Positions 34,465 to 50,195 of a stretch of 64,000 nucleotides of DNA are shown here, piece after piece. The stretch comes from Cetorhinus maximus (lineage: Eukaryota). The stretch lies in contig NW_027596099.1 in the NCBI RefSeq assembly GCF_964194155.1, positions 3,534,001 through 3,598,000 of the forward strand, in the 5' to 3' direction. Position numbers and translations under genes: made by a program. Position 1 is the stretch's first letter. The number at the start of each line of letters is the position of its first letter. The notes under the pieces were generated by a model. That model was not told the origin of the DNA and made no database searches. It worked only from the letters and a program-made list of their open reading frames with translations.

Positions 34465-37400
34465 TATTACATCATAAATTCAGGTGGTCTTGAGATTTGA
34501 CAATTCTTTCACATGCCTATCTGTTCCGTGCGGATGAATGGTTTAAACAGCTTCTTCGGGCTCACATTTTCAGTTTAAGCTTCATATTGTGATGCCCCGT
34601 ATTTCTCGCACTTGTTTTTGTCCACATGATTCGCATTTTGTGCTCCTTTGAGTTCCCTTTTTGATTATCGAAATCCCATTTGATCTGGTCGGGCATCGTG
34701 TGTTTGTTCAATTCCTTCTGAGGGGACTATGCGCTCCGAGCAATTCTGGAGTTAACTCGGATTTTCGATTTCCGCTGGGCCCGCCATGGTCCAGCTGGAT
34801 GTTGATGTTTGACAAACGGAATATTAATTTCCACTTGTTTTGCAACTTCAGCCAAAGTTGTGATTGCTCTTTTATTTTCAAATCTTTTTGCACACTTCTG
34901 AACTTTTTTCCTTTAGCTCAGCAACTGCTCTGGACCATTGAGCTGCTTTTCCTTCCGAGTTGTCTGTGAAATCTTTGTACAGGGTTACGTTGACCTGTGC
35001 AGTCAGTTCCTTTCAGGTTTTTTACATGCCCACTGACTGCTCCTTTGATTAGCGCAGTTCAGTCATTAAATCCTGAAACTGCTTTTTCGAGCTTCTCCCT
35101 TCAAAGTCTGGCTACCCTCTCCCATATGACGCATGTCATTCTCCATCTTCTTCACATTGGATGGCGGTTGAAAAATTGTTTGGGTATTTTCATGGTGAAG
35201 ATCCAGCATCTCAGCCATTCCAACCTCTGTACGTGCAGGTTAGTTCTCTACACTGACCAGTTTCCGCTCAGCAGCGTCGCTTTCATGAGTGCCGTGCTGC
35301 ACACTCACATTCTTCAAGTTTACTTGGCCTATTTGCAGATGAGAATCCTCGCGCTATTCTATCAGAACTTTGACTTCTCCTTGCAACTGCTCACCATTTC
35401 CTTGATGTTCCCGGTTCTTGATTTCCATTTTAGCCAAGTCATTTTTCAACAACTAAATGCCTCTCCGTCCGTTTGAGGAATCCCGTGATTTTTCCTTCTT
35501 GTGTCTTGAGCTTCAGTATCAGATTCACAAATTCCAATATTTTTTTTCAATCTTTATTCTTCCTTATTCTTCCACAGGGTGTGCGCGTAGATGGAAAACC
35601 GGCATTTGTTTGCCCGTAGATTTTGCTGCTGAACTGAACTCACAAGGTGATTGCTGAGAGCAGTTTAGAGTCGGCTGCATTGCTGTGTTTCTGGAGTCAC
35701 CTGTCGGTCAAAACAATTCAGCATGGCAAACATGCGTTTAACGTACATTCGTGAAGTGATGGGATTTTGTGTTAATCGATGATAATTTCATGGTGCCCAT
35801 CACTGGGGCGAGCTTTCAATTGCAGGTTTAAGAACTGAATTCTAATTCATCCAGCTGCCGTGGTGGATGTGGCCCCCATGTTCCCAGAGCTGTAGCCTGG
35901 GTCTCTGGGTTGCCAGTGCAGCGACATTGCCAGTTTGTAACTGCCCCCCTCACTCCTCTGCCTGCAGCTGAGCTTTGTCCGTGTCCTTCATTTGGGCTTC
36001 ACTGTTGTTTGCGCCTGTCTCCGTTAAAAGCTACATTCTTTCAGTTCTCCAAATGTTTTGTTCATAACTTCATTACCTGCTCGCAGCTTTGGAAAGACAT
36101 TTAACTTTTCCTTTCAATGTCAGCTTTTTATTCAGCTCTTCTGTCTTTTTTCTGGCAGATTCGGCTTATTCCTATAATTTTGAAAATTCTGGAGTCCTCT
36201 CTGCAAACTGGGTTTTCATTTTGTTCGGAGTCACATGAAATTCATTCTGCTACTCTTCATCATTTGGAATAAGAACATGATTTGTCCTCAGAGACATCTG
36301 TAATGTGTCAAGATTCTTCACCAGGCTTTTCTTGGCGCTGTGAAGCTTTAATTGCTTCATCTTCCGTTTCCTTTTACTCAGCAGGGGCTCCTCGATTTTA
36401 CTCTGCTCTTCTTCCCTTCTTCTGTGTAGGTGAGATTTTAATGTATTCATGCTGCTGAAGAGTAATGTACTCATTTTTGCTTTTTGAAGAAGCAGGACAA
36501 TCAGATGTTTTCCAAATAACTATTTTCGTGGCCAACCAACGCCAATTCACTCTGAACTTCAGTACGTTCCTTTGATGCTGCTGATACTTTAAATGCAGCT
36601 CTTTTCTCAAATAATATTCAACATCTTGTCTTTTGTTGATTTTTTGACGAATATAGATTCATTCTGCAGAGAGCCTCTCAATTTCGCAGTTTCTTTGATT
36701 CTTATTTTCTCCCTATTGTTTTGCCTGGCTGTACATGCGGATGAGATTTTCTAACTAACGGTTTGAATTGCCAATTGTGCGACTGAGGGTGTTTTTTCCA
36801 CCCTGCTCCCTTTGCTTTACCTCTAACTTCTGTTTGTTCGGGCCTCGAAAATTCTGGCTCATTAAAAACTGCATTTTGCGATGCGTTTTCAAATCTTTAT
36901 ATCCAGCCTGAATCTCACACTTCAATTCATCCAGTTCAGCTTTGAGTCAAGCATTTTTTTTTTAATGGTTTCTCTCTTCCAGGTGCCAAATCACTATTTT
37001 TGTTGATTTCGCTGTGGCTCAATACTAGCTGCTTGGACAATCCTGGAAGCATTTACGTGTCTTTCATAGGGAAATAAATTAGGATTCATGTCTCAGGCCC
37101 CCCATATAGACAGATCCCTGGGATTTCCAGGAAGTTTTTGGCCTTTATGGTCCCTCATATAACGTGTTAAAGGACGTAATTTCGCAGTTTGTTAATTTGG
37201 TACGGGTTTTCTATGAATCCCTACAGAGTCCTCAACTTGAGGTTTCAAAGAAACGTGAATGGCATTTAATGTTTCATTGAAGGAGGTTGAGAACTTATCA
37301 ATGTACTACATTGGGATTAGTGGGCGTGCAAGTTCAGCAAATGAGCGTAAAGGTGGGGCTGGCCTGGACGTCTCCAGATATTGTGCTTAGACCTGATTCA

Positions 37401-38410
37401 TTCAATAATTAAAATAAAGAACCATATCCTTTCAGCCTTTGCAGAGCAGAAATGGGGCTCTGATGCAACTTCCTATCCATGGCCATTTATTTTTCATTTC
37501 CTGATTTTATTACTTTAAATGCCATTGCGCCTTTAAGGCTGTCAGTGCCACATTCATTTTTTGTCCACTTCAGGATGGCTCTGCAGCTGTTAGTGACCCT
37601 GCTGTGAATTTCCTACCGTTATAGTATTCGACGGTATTACTCTATGATCATGGCATTTTTGTTGAAAAGGTTAGGCCTGTTAACCACAAATTCATTACTT
37701 TTAAAGCAAGAACCCAGGGTTCAAATGAAAGGAGCATTTTTTTTTTAAAAGCTTCAGGTTTCCCTCTACTCTGCCTGTCGTTTTAATTAAATGCGTGAAA
37801 TGTATAAATAAAGCTTAGGTTCACTTCAGCTGCGCGACCTGGTTGAACGCTGTCAGCTGTTGTTACAGCTTTATCCAGCTGCAGCCTTGATGTGCGAAGC
37901 CCTGAGTCTGCCGCCTATTTAAAAACATAGCTGCAGCTTCATTTTGAATTTTTCTCAGCCTTTAGTGATTTGGCCAGTTCTATGGATTCTGCCTCACTCA
38001 GGTGATTCCCCTCATCAAAGTGAATTTCTCCTAAAAAAGATACAACTGTCAGCCATTTTCATTTCTTATGTTTATGAATTTGCACTGTGCTTTTTGTGAT
38101 CAGCGCATGTTCCTCGATTATGCAATTTTGAGCAGCCTGGCAATGGACTTCCACTCGCTCTGGTGCATTCCTTAGCCCTCCACGTCTCAAAAGAAGCTTC
38201 ATAATTTAGGAAACGTCTCCTGTGTCCTCTGTTTTCATTTTGTAAAACTATCTCTAATTCAACCAGCAATGTTGACATGTTATCTATGGTCACACCATAG
38301 CAATCCGCGGGCTTATTCCAGCTATTTTGAGATTTTGCTTTCATTCATTTAGCTGCGACAATGCTGCAAAGTCTTATTAGGCGACTTCCGGAGGCGCCGT
38401 CGAGACTTGT
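34465..38410 (-). pseudogene. Decayed coiled-coil pseudogene, copy B
   Basis: Paralog of 7500-11450; e.g. LLKNDLAKMEIKNREHQGNGEQLQGEVKVLIE*REDSHLQ and KIEEPLLSKRKRKMKQLKLHSAKKSL. Confidence 0.5.
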
Positions 38411-41400
38411 ATGATTATACATGACCTGTTCATTGCTAATATCTACGTTCATACCCAAGGTACTGCCATGCATGTGGGCTGCCTTAATAATGACTCCTTC
38501 CAGATTCCACCCCAAATTAATGTGAATCCATTCATCATACTGGCAGTACTAGGCGGTACAGCTCTCCAGTCACACACCATCTCTTGCACTGCCAAACAAC
38601 ACTGCATTAAAATGCTATGCAACTCCCGCTGAGATGGAGCTGCAGCAGGACCTATTGTTAGGGACGCTGCCCTCTCCTGGAAGTGTTTGATGGGGATATC
38701 GTAGAGGGAGCTTTAATCGGCATCATGCCCACTGCTTCAAATGTCCTTTTGGTGAGTATTTGGGACAGTGTCGAGAGAGATTAAGGCTGCATTTAGCCTG
38801 TGCCGTTAATGTCCTGGGATTGATTGATGGGGGCAGCCTAGAGGGAGCTTTGCTCTGTGCCTTTCCCAATGCTTTACCTGTCCTGGGATTGTTCGTCGGA
38901 AACATATTCGAGTGAGATTTACTGTGTATGTAACCTCGTGCTAAATCTATCCTGCATGTTGTTACTGGAGAGAAACATTGGCTCTGTATCAAATACATTG
39001 TTGGTGCTTCTCTGAGAGTGTCGGCTGGAGCTTTAAGTCTAAACCTTCTAACACGGACATGCAAATCGCTAGCTAGACCGTCATTTTTATTGCCCAACAG
39101 TGGCTGCTTTCTTGAAAGGCCGCAGACCATGTGGTGTACGTGTACTCCCAGTGCTGTTGGGATTTCATGATTTTAACCCAGGGACATTGCAGAGGCAGCG
39201 ATGCATTTCCAGTTCTGGATGTTGAGTGGCTTCTGTGTCAGGATCATGGTGGTGCTGTTCTCATGTACCTGCTGTTATTGTGCTTATGTGTATTCGAGGC
39301 CGAGGGGTTGGAAGGAGACTTCGTGAGTTGACAACGTGCAGATCGTTGATGAAAATACTGTTGACGTTGTGCTTCTGTGGATGAGGGAGCGAATTCTAAA
39401 GGTCGTGGATGTGGTACCAATGAAGAGGGATTCTTTGTTCCTGGACGGCGTCCAGCTTCTTGAGTGTTGTTGGAGCTGCAGTCATGCAGGCAAGTAGAGG
39501 TTATTCCAAGCAATCCTGACCTGCGATTTCTAAATTGTGGACCAGCTTTTTGGTGTCAGGGGTTGAAATACTCTCTGCGGAATCGCAACCTCTGCACTGG
39601 CCTTAGTTCCGTAGTATTTATTTGGCTAATTCAGTTCAATTCTGGTCAATGGTAACCTCCAGGATGTTGATAGTTCGGGATTCAGTGACAGTAACGTTGT
39701 GGAACTCCAAGTGGAGATAATGACGTTCCCTCCACTTGGCGATGGCCATTGACTGTCAATTATGTCGAGAGAATGTTGAAAGGCAAAATGCAAGGCGTGA
39801 AATCGAAGGTCATGAGTATGTTGCTTGTCCGATGAGTATTGATGTTTAGGGAATTAACCAAAAGCAACGTGCAGCCTCAAAGCGATAAAACTATTATGTA
39901 TTAACAATGAGTAACTAGTGAATAACCTCTCAGTCTAATATTTTATTATCAAGTAAGGTGTGTTAAGTATCATCCGCATTTAGCAGCATCAGTAAGCTTT
40001 ATTCACTGCGGAAAGATTTAATAGGATTGGTAAGTTATCTTCGTGTTGCGTAGGTTTATTTGCGTCAGTAAGCTTAACGAAGACACGGAAGAATCGCAGA
40101 CCTCTCCAACCTATGGAGTGTACGGTATGTGCAATGTGGAAACTCCAAAATGTCCCCTGTGTCCTGGATCATAATTTCTGCAGGAAGTGCCATCGAAGGC
40201 AGCATCTTGAGCTCTGGGTTTTGCAAATTCATCGGCAGCTGGAATCAATGGACTTAATCCAGGCTCTTGACAGATTTGTGGGCTTTGCACTGATAGATGT
40301 GGTCACCTTGCAGCTTACGTCTATGTGTTGACATAGGGAATAGATATCCACCAACCATTCAAATAAGGAAACATAGTTGGCAGGCAGTCTGTGTGCCACA
40401 CGTTCCACAACGAGAATTTAGATTGATTTAGATTGGAATACTAATGACAATCTGGTTTCTCTCAGGAGCGCAACAGGAGGCAGGGTTATGGCATCACTGA
40501 TGGCTTATTTATAAATGGGGTTAAAAAGGATGCATAGAAGAACATTAGTGTTAGTAGTTTCTAACGTTAGGGAGTAGGTAAGCATTACTGTGGTCCGTTC
40601 AGTCCAGGGTGTTGTATTCCCTCCCAGACGCCAAGATCGATGTCTGTGATCGACTACAAATGCATTCTGAAGGGAAAGCTTTCAATGACAGCAAATACAA
40701 CGGGTCCAATGGCGTCGGTAGAAGGAGTACTGTGGCCCTGCAGTCTGAATTTTGGGATCAAGGTAGGAAATTCGCAAGCAGGGCCTAAAATATATTAAAC
40801 TCTATGTTACTCCAAGTGTCACGAGCAAGGGAATATCGAAATAGAAGGATCAAAAAAATGAATGTGTTGCGAGGAAAATGCAACTTGAGAAAGGGCTTCC
40901 GATTCTTATGTCATTGAGGCTGGCTCTGGGGGAGAAGGGTTCAGCACAGGCGGGTATATTTGCACGTATATAGAGCATCTTGTGGGCGTTCTAGCTGTGC
41001 TACTGGGGAGCTTCCTAACTAACGTGAATTGTGAAGTAGGAAACACGGAACAATATCGTAGATGAATGACAATGCTTCCGGAATATTGAGAGGATACATG
41101 GCACTTGATTATGGAATAAAAAATTAATACGTATGGCCACATTAAGCAGAAAGTACTAAAGTCTAATTCTGGCCTATGGTATTTTGCGTTAATGTTCACG
41201 CTGTGGTAACTAAGGTTGGTGAATTACATAAGCAGGTTTCCATGTCCATGTATGATTTTGTGGGCACAACAAAGACCTGGTTGAATGAAGGTCTGCACTG
41301 TGTCTGGAATGCTCCTGGGTTGAAACTTTTCAGGAAATTTAGTTAAGCAAGAAATGGAGGAGGGTTGGTGGAGCTGATTAAAGAGAGTGTTGCAGTGCAG

Positions 41401-44400
41401 GAGATACAGGATAACCCAACGGGGCAAGAGCACAATCTATTTCTCTAGAGCTACGGAACAACATAGATGTGATTACATTTCGTTATCTACATGTCACCAA
41501 CAAGTGGGAGGGATGTGGTGGAAGAATTTGGAAAGGAAATTATAGGGAGGTGCAAACATTGTAGAATGTTTAAAATGAGGGAGTTCAATTACTGGAATGT
41601 AGACAGGGATAGTAGCAGTTCCTAAATTATGCTCTGGAAATATTTGTACTGCATTGTGTTTCCAGTTGCAAGAGAAGTGAAGCACTGCGGGACCTCATTC
41701 TTGGAAATGATGTGTACAAACTGGATCAAAATTCTGCAAGAGTCCTTGTACAGATTCACTGAACCAGAATGTTTAGGCTAATTGCGGAAAAGGTCAATGC
41801 TGACTATTGCTGATTAATCCCTGCCTCACCAAACGGAAGTTAATCCACTCCCAGAGAATGTTTTTCCCTAAAGTTTCCCTACCCCTGATTTTGGATTCTC
41901 CAGTTTAAAGCTCTCTGGATTATCCCTGGATTATCGGCAACTGATTTGAATAATGATACCCCATTCGCTGGCCATTAGTCATCTGGGACTCTCCTGAGGC
42001 GAGGCTGGATTTTGAAATTAATGTTAGGGACCCTACAATCTCCTTCCTTGCCTTGCACAGCAGCCTGGAAAACATCTTACCTGTGTCTGGGGATTTATCT
42101 ATTTCAAAGTCAGCTAAAACATCTAATATCTCCTCTCTCTCAATCCTAAATTGTTCAAGTACATCACAGTCCAGGACCCTAATTTCTATGCCAAAATTGC
42201 CCTTCTCTACGTTAAATACAGATGTAAGGTGCACATTTAAAAGCGCATCTACGTTTCCCAAGTCCACACACAAATGGCCAATGTTGTCCCTAATGCGTGC
42301 TGCTCTTTCCCTGCTTATCCTCTGGACCATAACATGCTTATAAAACGCCTTTTAGCATTATTTTATTTTACCATCCAGTGTTTTCCAATGCCCCCTCCTC
42401 CTTCTCTTAATTTCCTTGTTTAGGTAAACACAAACACTTTCCATATTCCTCTAGGACTTCCGCTGTTTGGAGCCCTCGGCTTCCACGAGGAGCTTCCTAT
42501 GTATCCTTATCCAATCCAGTACATTCCTCGAAATCCAGGGCTCTCTGGAATATTTTGTCCCCACACTCTGACTATTTCATTTATGCAAGACTCCCTCTGC
42601 CTTGATGCAGGTTTTTGGACAATTGGATGCTCCCAGTCCATTTTGCCAGGATCGTGTATTAAATTATTAAAAACAACCTCACCCAAATTCAGGAGCTTTA
42701 TATCTGGTACATTTTAGCCTTCTCAATATCTACCTTAAATCTTTCTCGATTATGGACATAATCAGCAAAACTCTTCCCCTTTAAAACTTCTAACATTAGC
42801 CCAGCGTTGTTCCCAAATGCTAGGCCCAGCACCGCTCCATTTCTTGCGGGATTCATATCTTCCGGATAAAAAAACTTCCCTGGGTACATTTTGAAAATTC
42901 TGCCCCCTCTAAGCCTTCCACAATTTGTATATCCCAGTTCATAGGGGGAAGTGGAAACGTCCTACTATTTTTACCCTGTTATTTTTACACTTCTCTGAGA
43001 TTTGCCTACATATCTGCCTTTCTATCTCTCTGGCTGTTTGGGGGTGGCAACGTGATTGGCCCCTTTTGAAGTTAAGGTCAAACCTCAAGGCCTCATCTGA
43101 GGAACCTTCTAAGGTATCATCCTTCCTCTTTGTAGCAATTGAATCATTGAGCAATGTTGTGATACCAACTCCTCTATTCCGACCTCCCTACCCCCAACGC
43201 CAGCCTCATCTCGACTGTGGATTCCGTACCCAGAATATTGAGCTGCCAGCCCTGCCCTTTCCTTCACCAGATCCCTGTGGGAGGAAAAGTAAAATATTCC
43301 CTGGTGTTAATCAACACCCTCAATTCATCTGGCCGGCTCACAGGACTCCTTGCATTAAAATCAGTGCCATCCATCCTTGCTATGCTCCTTTGTGCCTTAA
43401 CTTAAATATATACTCCCTGTCTTCCCGCTGACTTGGTTTTTATTCTATACTTGGCTGTAAATCACATCTTACTTTACATCCACCCTGTGTCCTATCCCAT
43501 TGCCAAATTAGTTTAAACCCGCACCAACAGCACCAGCAAACGTCCACTCCCCAGCTGCAATACCTAATAGGCTGAGTGAATCGTTTCACCTGGTTAAACT
43601 TTCCGATTGGACGAGGTGGCTTTCAATAACGGGGTGCGTGAATTAATAGAGTGGCCGTGGAGATGGGGGTTTGGGGTAGTGGTTGTGTGAGTGACTGGGT
43701 GAAGCTCCATCTTGGCTGTGCTGCCTGTCAGACAGGGGGCGGAGCTCCTGATTTGGCTGAGTCTCTGAATTCTGTGCGTAACCGATACTTCACCAGGGTC
43801 TTTAACTGCTGTCTGATCTTGGACTGACTCACCGCATAAATTAACGTGTTTGTGCAGCAACTTTAATTCATCAGCATAAATTCGGCACGGATACGGCGTA
43901 TGTGAATGGCTCCCGCGCTCTCAGACTTTGCCTGTATTCTCAAAGATTTGCGAACCCGTTTAATCCTTAAAAGCAAATTCCAAATTTTCCACACATATCT
44001 CGATAATTTAGTCAACCTCTCATTGAGCACAATCGGCAATCTTTGATATAAAGCTCCATGTTGCTGCATCAGGGATTTATGTGCATTTTACTGAACTGGC
44101 AGCTGAGGCTGCAGAACAGATCCTGGGTTAACATGTTCAGTCACATCCGAACGATTGGAGGACACCCCCTTTCTTCCAAATGTCTGTCTCCCACTTTTAA
44201 GTTCTTCCATATCCGGGCCCATAGGGCGCTCCCAATTCCATTCAACCCTAAAATCTACCTCCTTTATCAGGGAAGAATCGATATGAATTAGCAGACGAGA
44301 ACGGCACAATAATACGGATAGGTCCATTTATTTTCAATGCTTGAACTGATTTAAAGAACAGGACAACTACCACTCTCGGATATTCCTCATCAGGAGACTG

Positions 44401-47153
44401 GAGTCGATTTGAAAGGACAGACAGTCACCATTCCCTGCATCCTGACAGAGGGAAACCGTTCCAAATCTAATTTTACAGGGAAAATCCACGGCTGCCCTCT
44501 CCTGAAATCCCCACAAAAGTCACCGTTGGAACGTTCAGGGTGACCAGAAAGCGACACAGAGGACGGCAGAAGCGCGAATATAAGTTTCCCCCTTCCCTCC
44601 CAGGTTTCTAAAAGCTGGTTAGCCTGTGATGGTCATTATCAAAGGGGAGCGAAACGGTGCCAGGGGACATAATACATTGGATTAGCTCTCTTGATATTCA
44701 AAAGTGGCAGTCTGTATTTCAATGTAACAGTGATTAATAGTCTGACTGAGTGTCGTTATTCTCCTGACAATGTCATTGTCAAAAAGGGTCCTAGAATGAC
44801 TGAGTACAGGGATCGAATCCAACTCGCCTGTCAGCAAACCCTCAGCTCGACTGTTGCTTTCCAATTTTACCAGCTGGCTCTCTGATCGAGCAGAATGATA
44901 TGTTTAACGTCACAATCGCAGCACGGGGTCAGGATTTCCTCTACTTTTCAATGCAGTGAGTCTAGTGACTTCTCCTAAGACACTTCCAGACAGGTTAGCC
45001 TTCTGACATTTCACGTTTCCTGGCAGATTACATTGACTGGGGGACGAATCTTTTGACAAAATATTGTTATATGGAATAGTGTAACTCAATTGCGTTCCAA
45101 TGCAGTACTGATGGATTTCTGCACTGTCGGATTGCCTGTACTGAATCGTACTACGATATCTGTGTTTCAGTACTGAGGAATTGCTGCACCACCAGAGAGT
45201 CAGCGCAGAGGGAGCAAGACACCGTCAGAAGCATCAATGCTGGAGCAGAGCTGAATTGCCGGATGGTTGGTACAGGTCAAGTGCTGCGTTGTTGAAGGAT
45301 CAGTACTGAGAGAGTGCTGCAATTTTGAAGAGAGGGATAGGGTGAGGCAAGTACAGGGAGAGAGGGTGAAAGACAGAGATCTTGAGAAAAATAAAAATAG
45401 AGGTAACGGAAGGCGAGAGTAAGAGAGAGGCTAAGAGAAAAAGCCGGACAGCAGTGATGGAGCGCTGCACTGTCGATGGGTCAGTACGAAATAATGCTGC
45501 TCTGTCAAATTTCAAAACGGAGGGAGTACTGCACTGTTACAGGGTCAGCAGCGAGGGATTATTTCTGTTTAGCTGTGTCTCCATCTCGCCCTCTCTCAGT
45601 TCCTCTCACCTTCCTGTTATCTATTTTTTTTCTTTCTTTCTCAACATCTGTCTGTCTGTCTCTCTCTCATTCTCTGTCCTTCTCTCACCCTATCCCTCTC
45701 TTATCTCCTTTTCGCCTCCCCTACCCTGTCACTCAATGTCTCCCTCTCTCCCTCTCCTATTGCCCGTCTCTCCCTTTCTCACTGTTGTTCTCTTCCAGCC
45801 TCTAATTCTCTCTGTATCTCTTTCTCGCTCTCTCTCTTTCCGTTCCTCTCCATCCCAGTATGTTCATCTCTCACTATGCCTCCACCTCTCTCTCTATCAG
45901 CCTATTTTTCTCTCCCCCACTCTCACTCTTTCTATCTCTTTTTCAACCCCTCTTAGTCTTTCTCTGTCTGTTAAGCAACCTGCCTCTTTATCTCTCTCAC
46001 TCTATGTGTCAATCTGCATCTCTTTTAGGGAGATCGAGATCCGGTTGTGCCGTCTGGCCCCACACACACATCCCAAATCCACTGCAACGCCCCCCGCCTT
46101 TCTGCAGCTGAATTGAATCCCACTTCCTTTATAAACAATAGCATCCAGTGGGAGCTGGTCTGCTGCCCAAGCACTGATTTCCTATGATACCTCACTTTCA
46201 CTTTGTTATCTTACTTCCTTGTTGGTTACCCTAATTCTACGCTGTGACCGCACCTCCCCTGACAAGACAGCACCACGTCAAACTCTGCCATTCCATTTTG
46301 GTTTCCAATCACGTGTTGGATGGAGTATTCGTGTCCAATCACTGAGAAGCAGTGGACCGTTGCACAGGCTATTTTGGAAGTAGGCTATCAGTGGTTTAGT
46401 TTTCTTTCAATCAGTGCGAGAGATAAGGATAATGGACATATCTTGTGGGCAATGGAATTGTGGAAATGGCTGGAGCTGTGTTTCCTGCCCTTCCTGTGAG
46501 AGGGATGGTGGACAATGGGCTTTGCATTCCTCCAAAGGGATGGGAGAAGCTGGTCAGTGAGTGAACATTCTCGACCTCCATTCGCCCCCGCAACCAAACC
46601 CACCCCCTGCCCCCCCAAGCAGCCCCCCCACCCCCCGCACCCCCCCCCCCACCGCCCCCCCCCCCCCCAAACACCACCACCCCACCCCCACAGCTGTAAA
46701 TAAGGGAAAATGCTTTACTTCTGGAAAATCATGTTGTCTTTGTTCCGCCAGTGAGAGAAATTTTCCTGCTTTCAAACTGAGCAATGAAATGAGATAATAT
46801 TGGAAGCGCTGGGTGATTCCGTTCCGTTGATACGGAACCCTTAATCACACTACACACACCCATCAAACCCCACTCCCCCGATCCAGCTGGGAACGTTAAA
46901 TTCATGAGAGAATTTAGGAAACTTCTAGTAATTCAATCCTGCCGGATACTTAACACACTTCCCCTCCCCGACAGCCCCACCCCATCTCCCAGACCCATAC
47001 GCTGGAAACGTTAAGGCAAATGTTAAAATTAAGGAAGTTCGCATTGATTAATTCTGCCCAGTGACAGACACATGTCCCCTGCTGCAAATGTGAAATAATG
47101 TCCTAGAAATGCCAATGATTCAGCTCTTCAAATCATTTAACTAATTAAAGAAT

Positions 47154-48031
47154 TTAAGTGAAGGGATATTTCAACATTTTCCACAACTGCTCCCTGAACT
47201 TAGTCTGTGTCACAGCATAAATCCAAGTGTTTGTGCAGCAACTAAAGAGCTGCAGCATGAAGCCCAATTCCAGAACAAAAAAATGTAGATACAGAGAATT
47301 ATAGTTTAATTCATCCATTCGGCTCCATATGGAAAAAAACATTAACATTGCCCATAAAACGATGAAATTGGCTGAAATATAGAACAGTAATATGATCGAT
47401 TTCTTTCGATTGTCCACCTCTGGGTCCTTGGGGCTCTCCCCACTCCTGTGAGGCCGGAGTCTCCTGTGGGCCCTGCTGGTCAATAAAATGTACTCGACGG
47501 TCAAAATATTGATGAGCAGGATGAGCACAAATGGGACACAAGGTGTTAGAATGTGATGGGTGAACTCGATTGTTACCCAGACAGGAGAGAGCAGAACCTC
47601 GTCTGTGTTACCACAGAACCAGGGGAAATTTACCAGCCAGTACTGACCTGTGAGCAAAAAATACCAGAAAATGTTCTTTGAACAGGTCAGTGCCATCACG
47701 GTTCCCAGAATCGCAGCTGCCGTTTTCTCACTGCAATATTTAGTTTTCAGCTTCGGGCAACAAATGGCCACAAATCGATCGAAGGTAAAAGTGACAGTGA
47801 ACCAGACAGAACAGTCAGTGGCTGCATAAAGCAGGACGGCGTGGATATTACACACGTTGAATGATTTCAGGATAATAAAATACCTATCAAACATAATTGG
47901 AATATGCCTCAGTATCAGGTCCAGGATAATGACCAGTAGATCAGCCACTGCCATGGCCACCAGGTAACGGGTAACACAATTGGAGAGGCCACACCTCCTG
48001 CGCCTGAGGATCACAATCGTGACTAGGTTCC
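47154..48031 (-). CDS. GPR139-like: Class A orphan GPCR (GPR139/GPR142-like) copy 2, exon 2
   Basis: Open 878-nt exon, acceptor AG 48033-48032, same 7TM motifs, TAA 47156-47154. Confidence 0.93.
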
Positions 48032-49132
48032 CTGCAAAGAAAGGTAATACACGTTAAAACGATATATCACTCTGGTACCAAAGTTGCCAGCATGATTGAT
48101 ATGCGATGGTGATGTCTTACAGCATCCTCCGGTGTATTGAAATGAATGGTCCTGAAAGAAGATATAAACAATGTCTGTGATACAGTGGTAGGCAGGATAC
48201 ATTAAATGGTTAAAAGAAGGAGGTGTGAATAGTGTGGAGATGAGAGTTGCAGGTGAGCGGGACATTTTGGGAGACAAAGGAGCGAAGGAGGAATCGGGGG
48301 ATAATAGGTACACTTAGCGGTGATAGAGGCTCATGGAGTGGCCGGTGAGAGTGCAAATTACTGGAGGTACCCATGGGTGATGGTGGAACTCATGAGTGCG
48401 AGGGGAGACGCGTTTGAGTGAGAGGAGCCAGAGGTGATGATTGCGTTAAGTGCAAAGAAGAGAAATGGGGTAATTTATTCTGGTTCTCAACATATCTCCT
48501 GACAGGAACGCTATGCAGTTATGCGAGGGACTGTTTCCTCCGTCCACAGATGTTATTATAAGAATTCCGAAGCGAGCTTTCTTGCGAAATATCAATTCAA
48601 ATGAAAGGATAAACATCCGTTTCTTACAAAATACGAAATGCAAATCATAACGACCCCACAGACACTCATAAACCCTCACCCAAAACATGATGATTTGTTT
48701 AAATGTAGCACATGCTTAAATTATTACGAGTGTAGAACAGGAACAGGTCATTCCTTACAATGCTTAATGTGTTGGTTGAAAACGTTGCAGGACTGAAGTG
48801 TTCGTTCCTCGGTGGTTGAAGACAAATGCAGTTTGTAAATATCTGGCTTTTAGTCAACAGTGTGGTGGAGACTCTGTATTGAATAAATGTACTAACATGT
48901 AAAGCCTATCTGCCTCTTTTAATGACTGAAATCTTCAAAAATGTCTCTAAACGAATGTTATTTTGAAGTGTACCTTTTATCAGCAAGAGTCTCCCTGTCC
49001 TTTGATTAGGTGTTGGATTTCCATTGTCCAAACAATAAAATTTACGTTGTGAACAACTTCAGAAAAGGAAGCTATGTGCAAACTGGATTCTTAGCGGGCA
49101 CATGTAGACAACCTGTCAAAGGCGAAGGCATC

Positions 49133-50195
49133 CAGGACATGTCTTACTGCAATCTCCTCTTCTCCTGTATTGTCCTCCGGATTCCTGGTGACAATGCCTG
49201 TGTCCTTATGATGGTGATGATATGAAGGATGCAGCAGAACACTATGAAAATGACCACCTGCTCCAGCGTGTGCTGGAGGGAACACTCCGAACGGCTGAGG
49301 AAGCAGAAGCTTTTCTTTTCCACTTTGGCATTCTTATCAACAATGCTCGATGCGACTCCATTGCTCTTGGATTGAGATGTTATGTTCTCCTGCTTGGTTG
49401 GAGGTTGGGAATGGCGAAGGTGTGTTTTATTTTGATCCACGCACCGACGGGGCAGCCACAAACTCCGAAAAGCTACTGGGTGGTTCTCTATGGAGCTACG
49501 AAGATGTTGGAACCGTCCGAGTGCTTCATAATGAAGCTATTGTGGCTCTTGTCAGGACATTGGATATTTACCAACATGATGTACAGTGCATAGACATACA
49601 TCAACTGCACATCAATGCAGTGAGAATTCTTTGAGAGCCTTTAACTCTTTCGTTCTAATGGGGACACGGCAGAATCACGTACGCCATCGGGAATCCCTCT
49701 GCCCTGGGAAACTATGGGACCCATCATTATGCTTCTCACCGTTGAGTGAGCAACAGTACAAACGTGTCACACAGCATAGATGTTCTCTGTCAGCTAGTGA
49801 ATACACAGTTAGACCAAATATTGGGAGATAATGAATATATCACCTGCCCCTGCCTGGAATCTTCCGAATCGATCGAGGTTTCAATGACCCTGTAAACTTA
49901 ATTTCCAAAGGCAGCACATCCCTCACCCTGGTGTGCGGCCCCAGACCTGCTAAAGGAGGTGACACGGGTCTGTAAAACCTCATTGGTCTGTCAGAGTTAA
50001 ATCCGTCTCTGCAGATGTTTTACGTGTAGGTTTGTAAAGTGTTGCTGACAATCCAGGGGTGCTAAGGGCATGGCAAACCCCCTCCCCCCGCAAATGTTAA
50101 CAGGCGTTCCCTTCCCTCTTCACTCCTATCCTTTCACCAGTCATGGTACAGGTCCAGATGCACTGTGAGTACAGCCCCAAAACCTCTTCCAAGGT
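49133..50195 (-). mobile_element. PIF/Harbinger transposase remnant in GPCR copy 2 intron
   Basis: ORF 49144..49461 contains KSFCFLSRSECSLQHTLEQVVIFIVFCCILH; upstream frames give GRFQAGAGDIFIISQ. Confidence 0.8.
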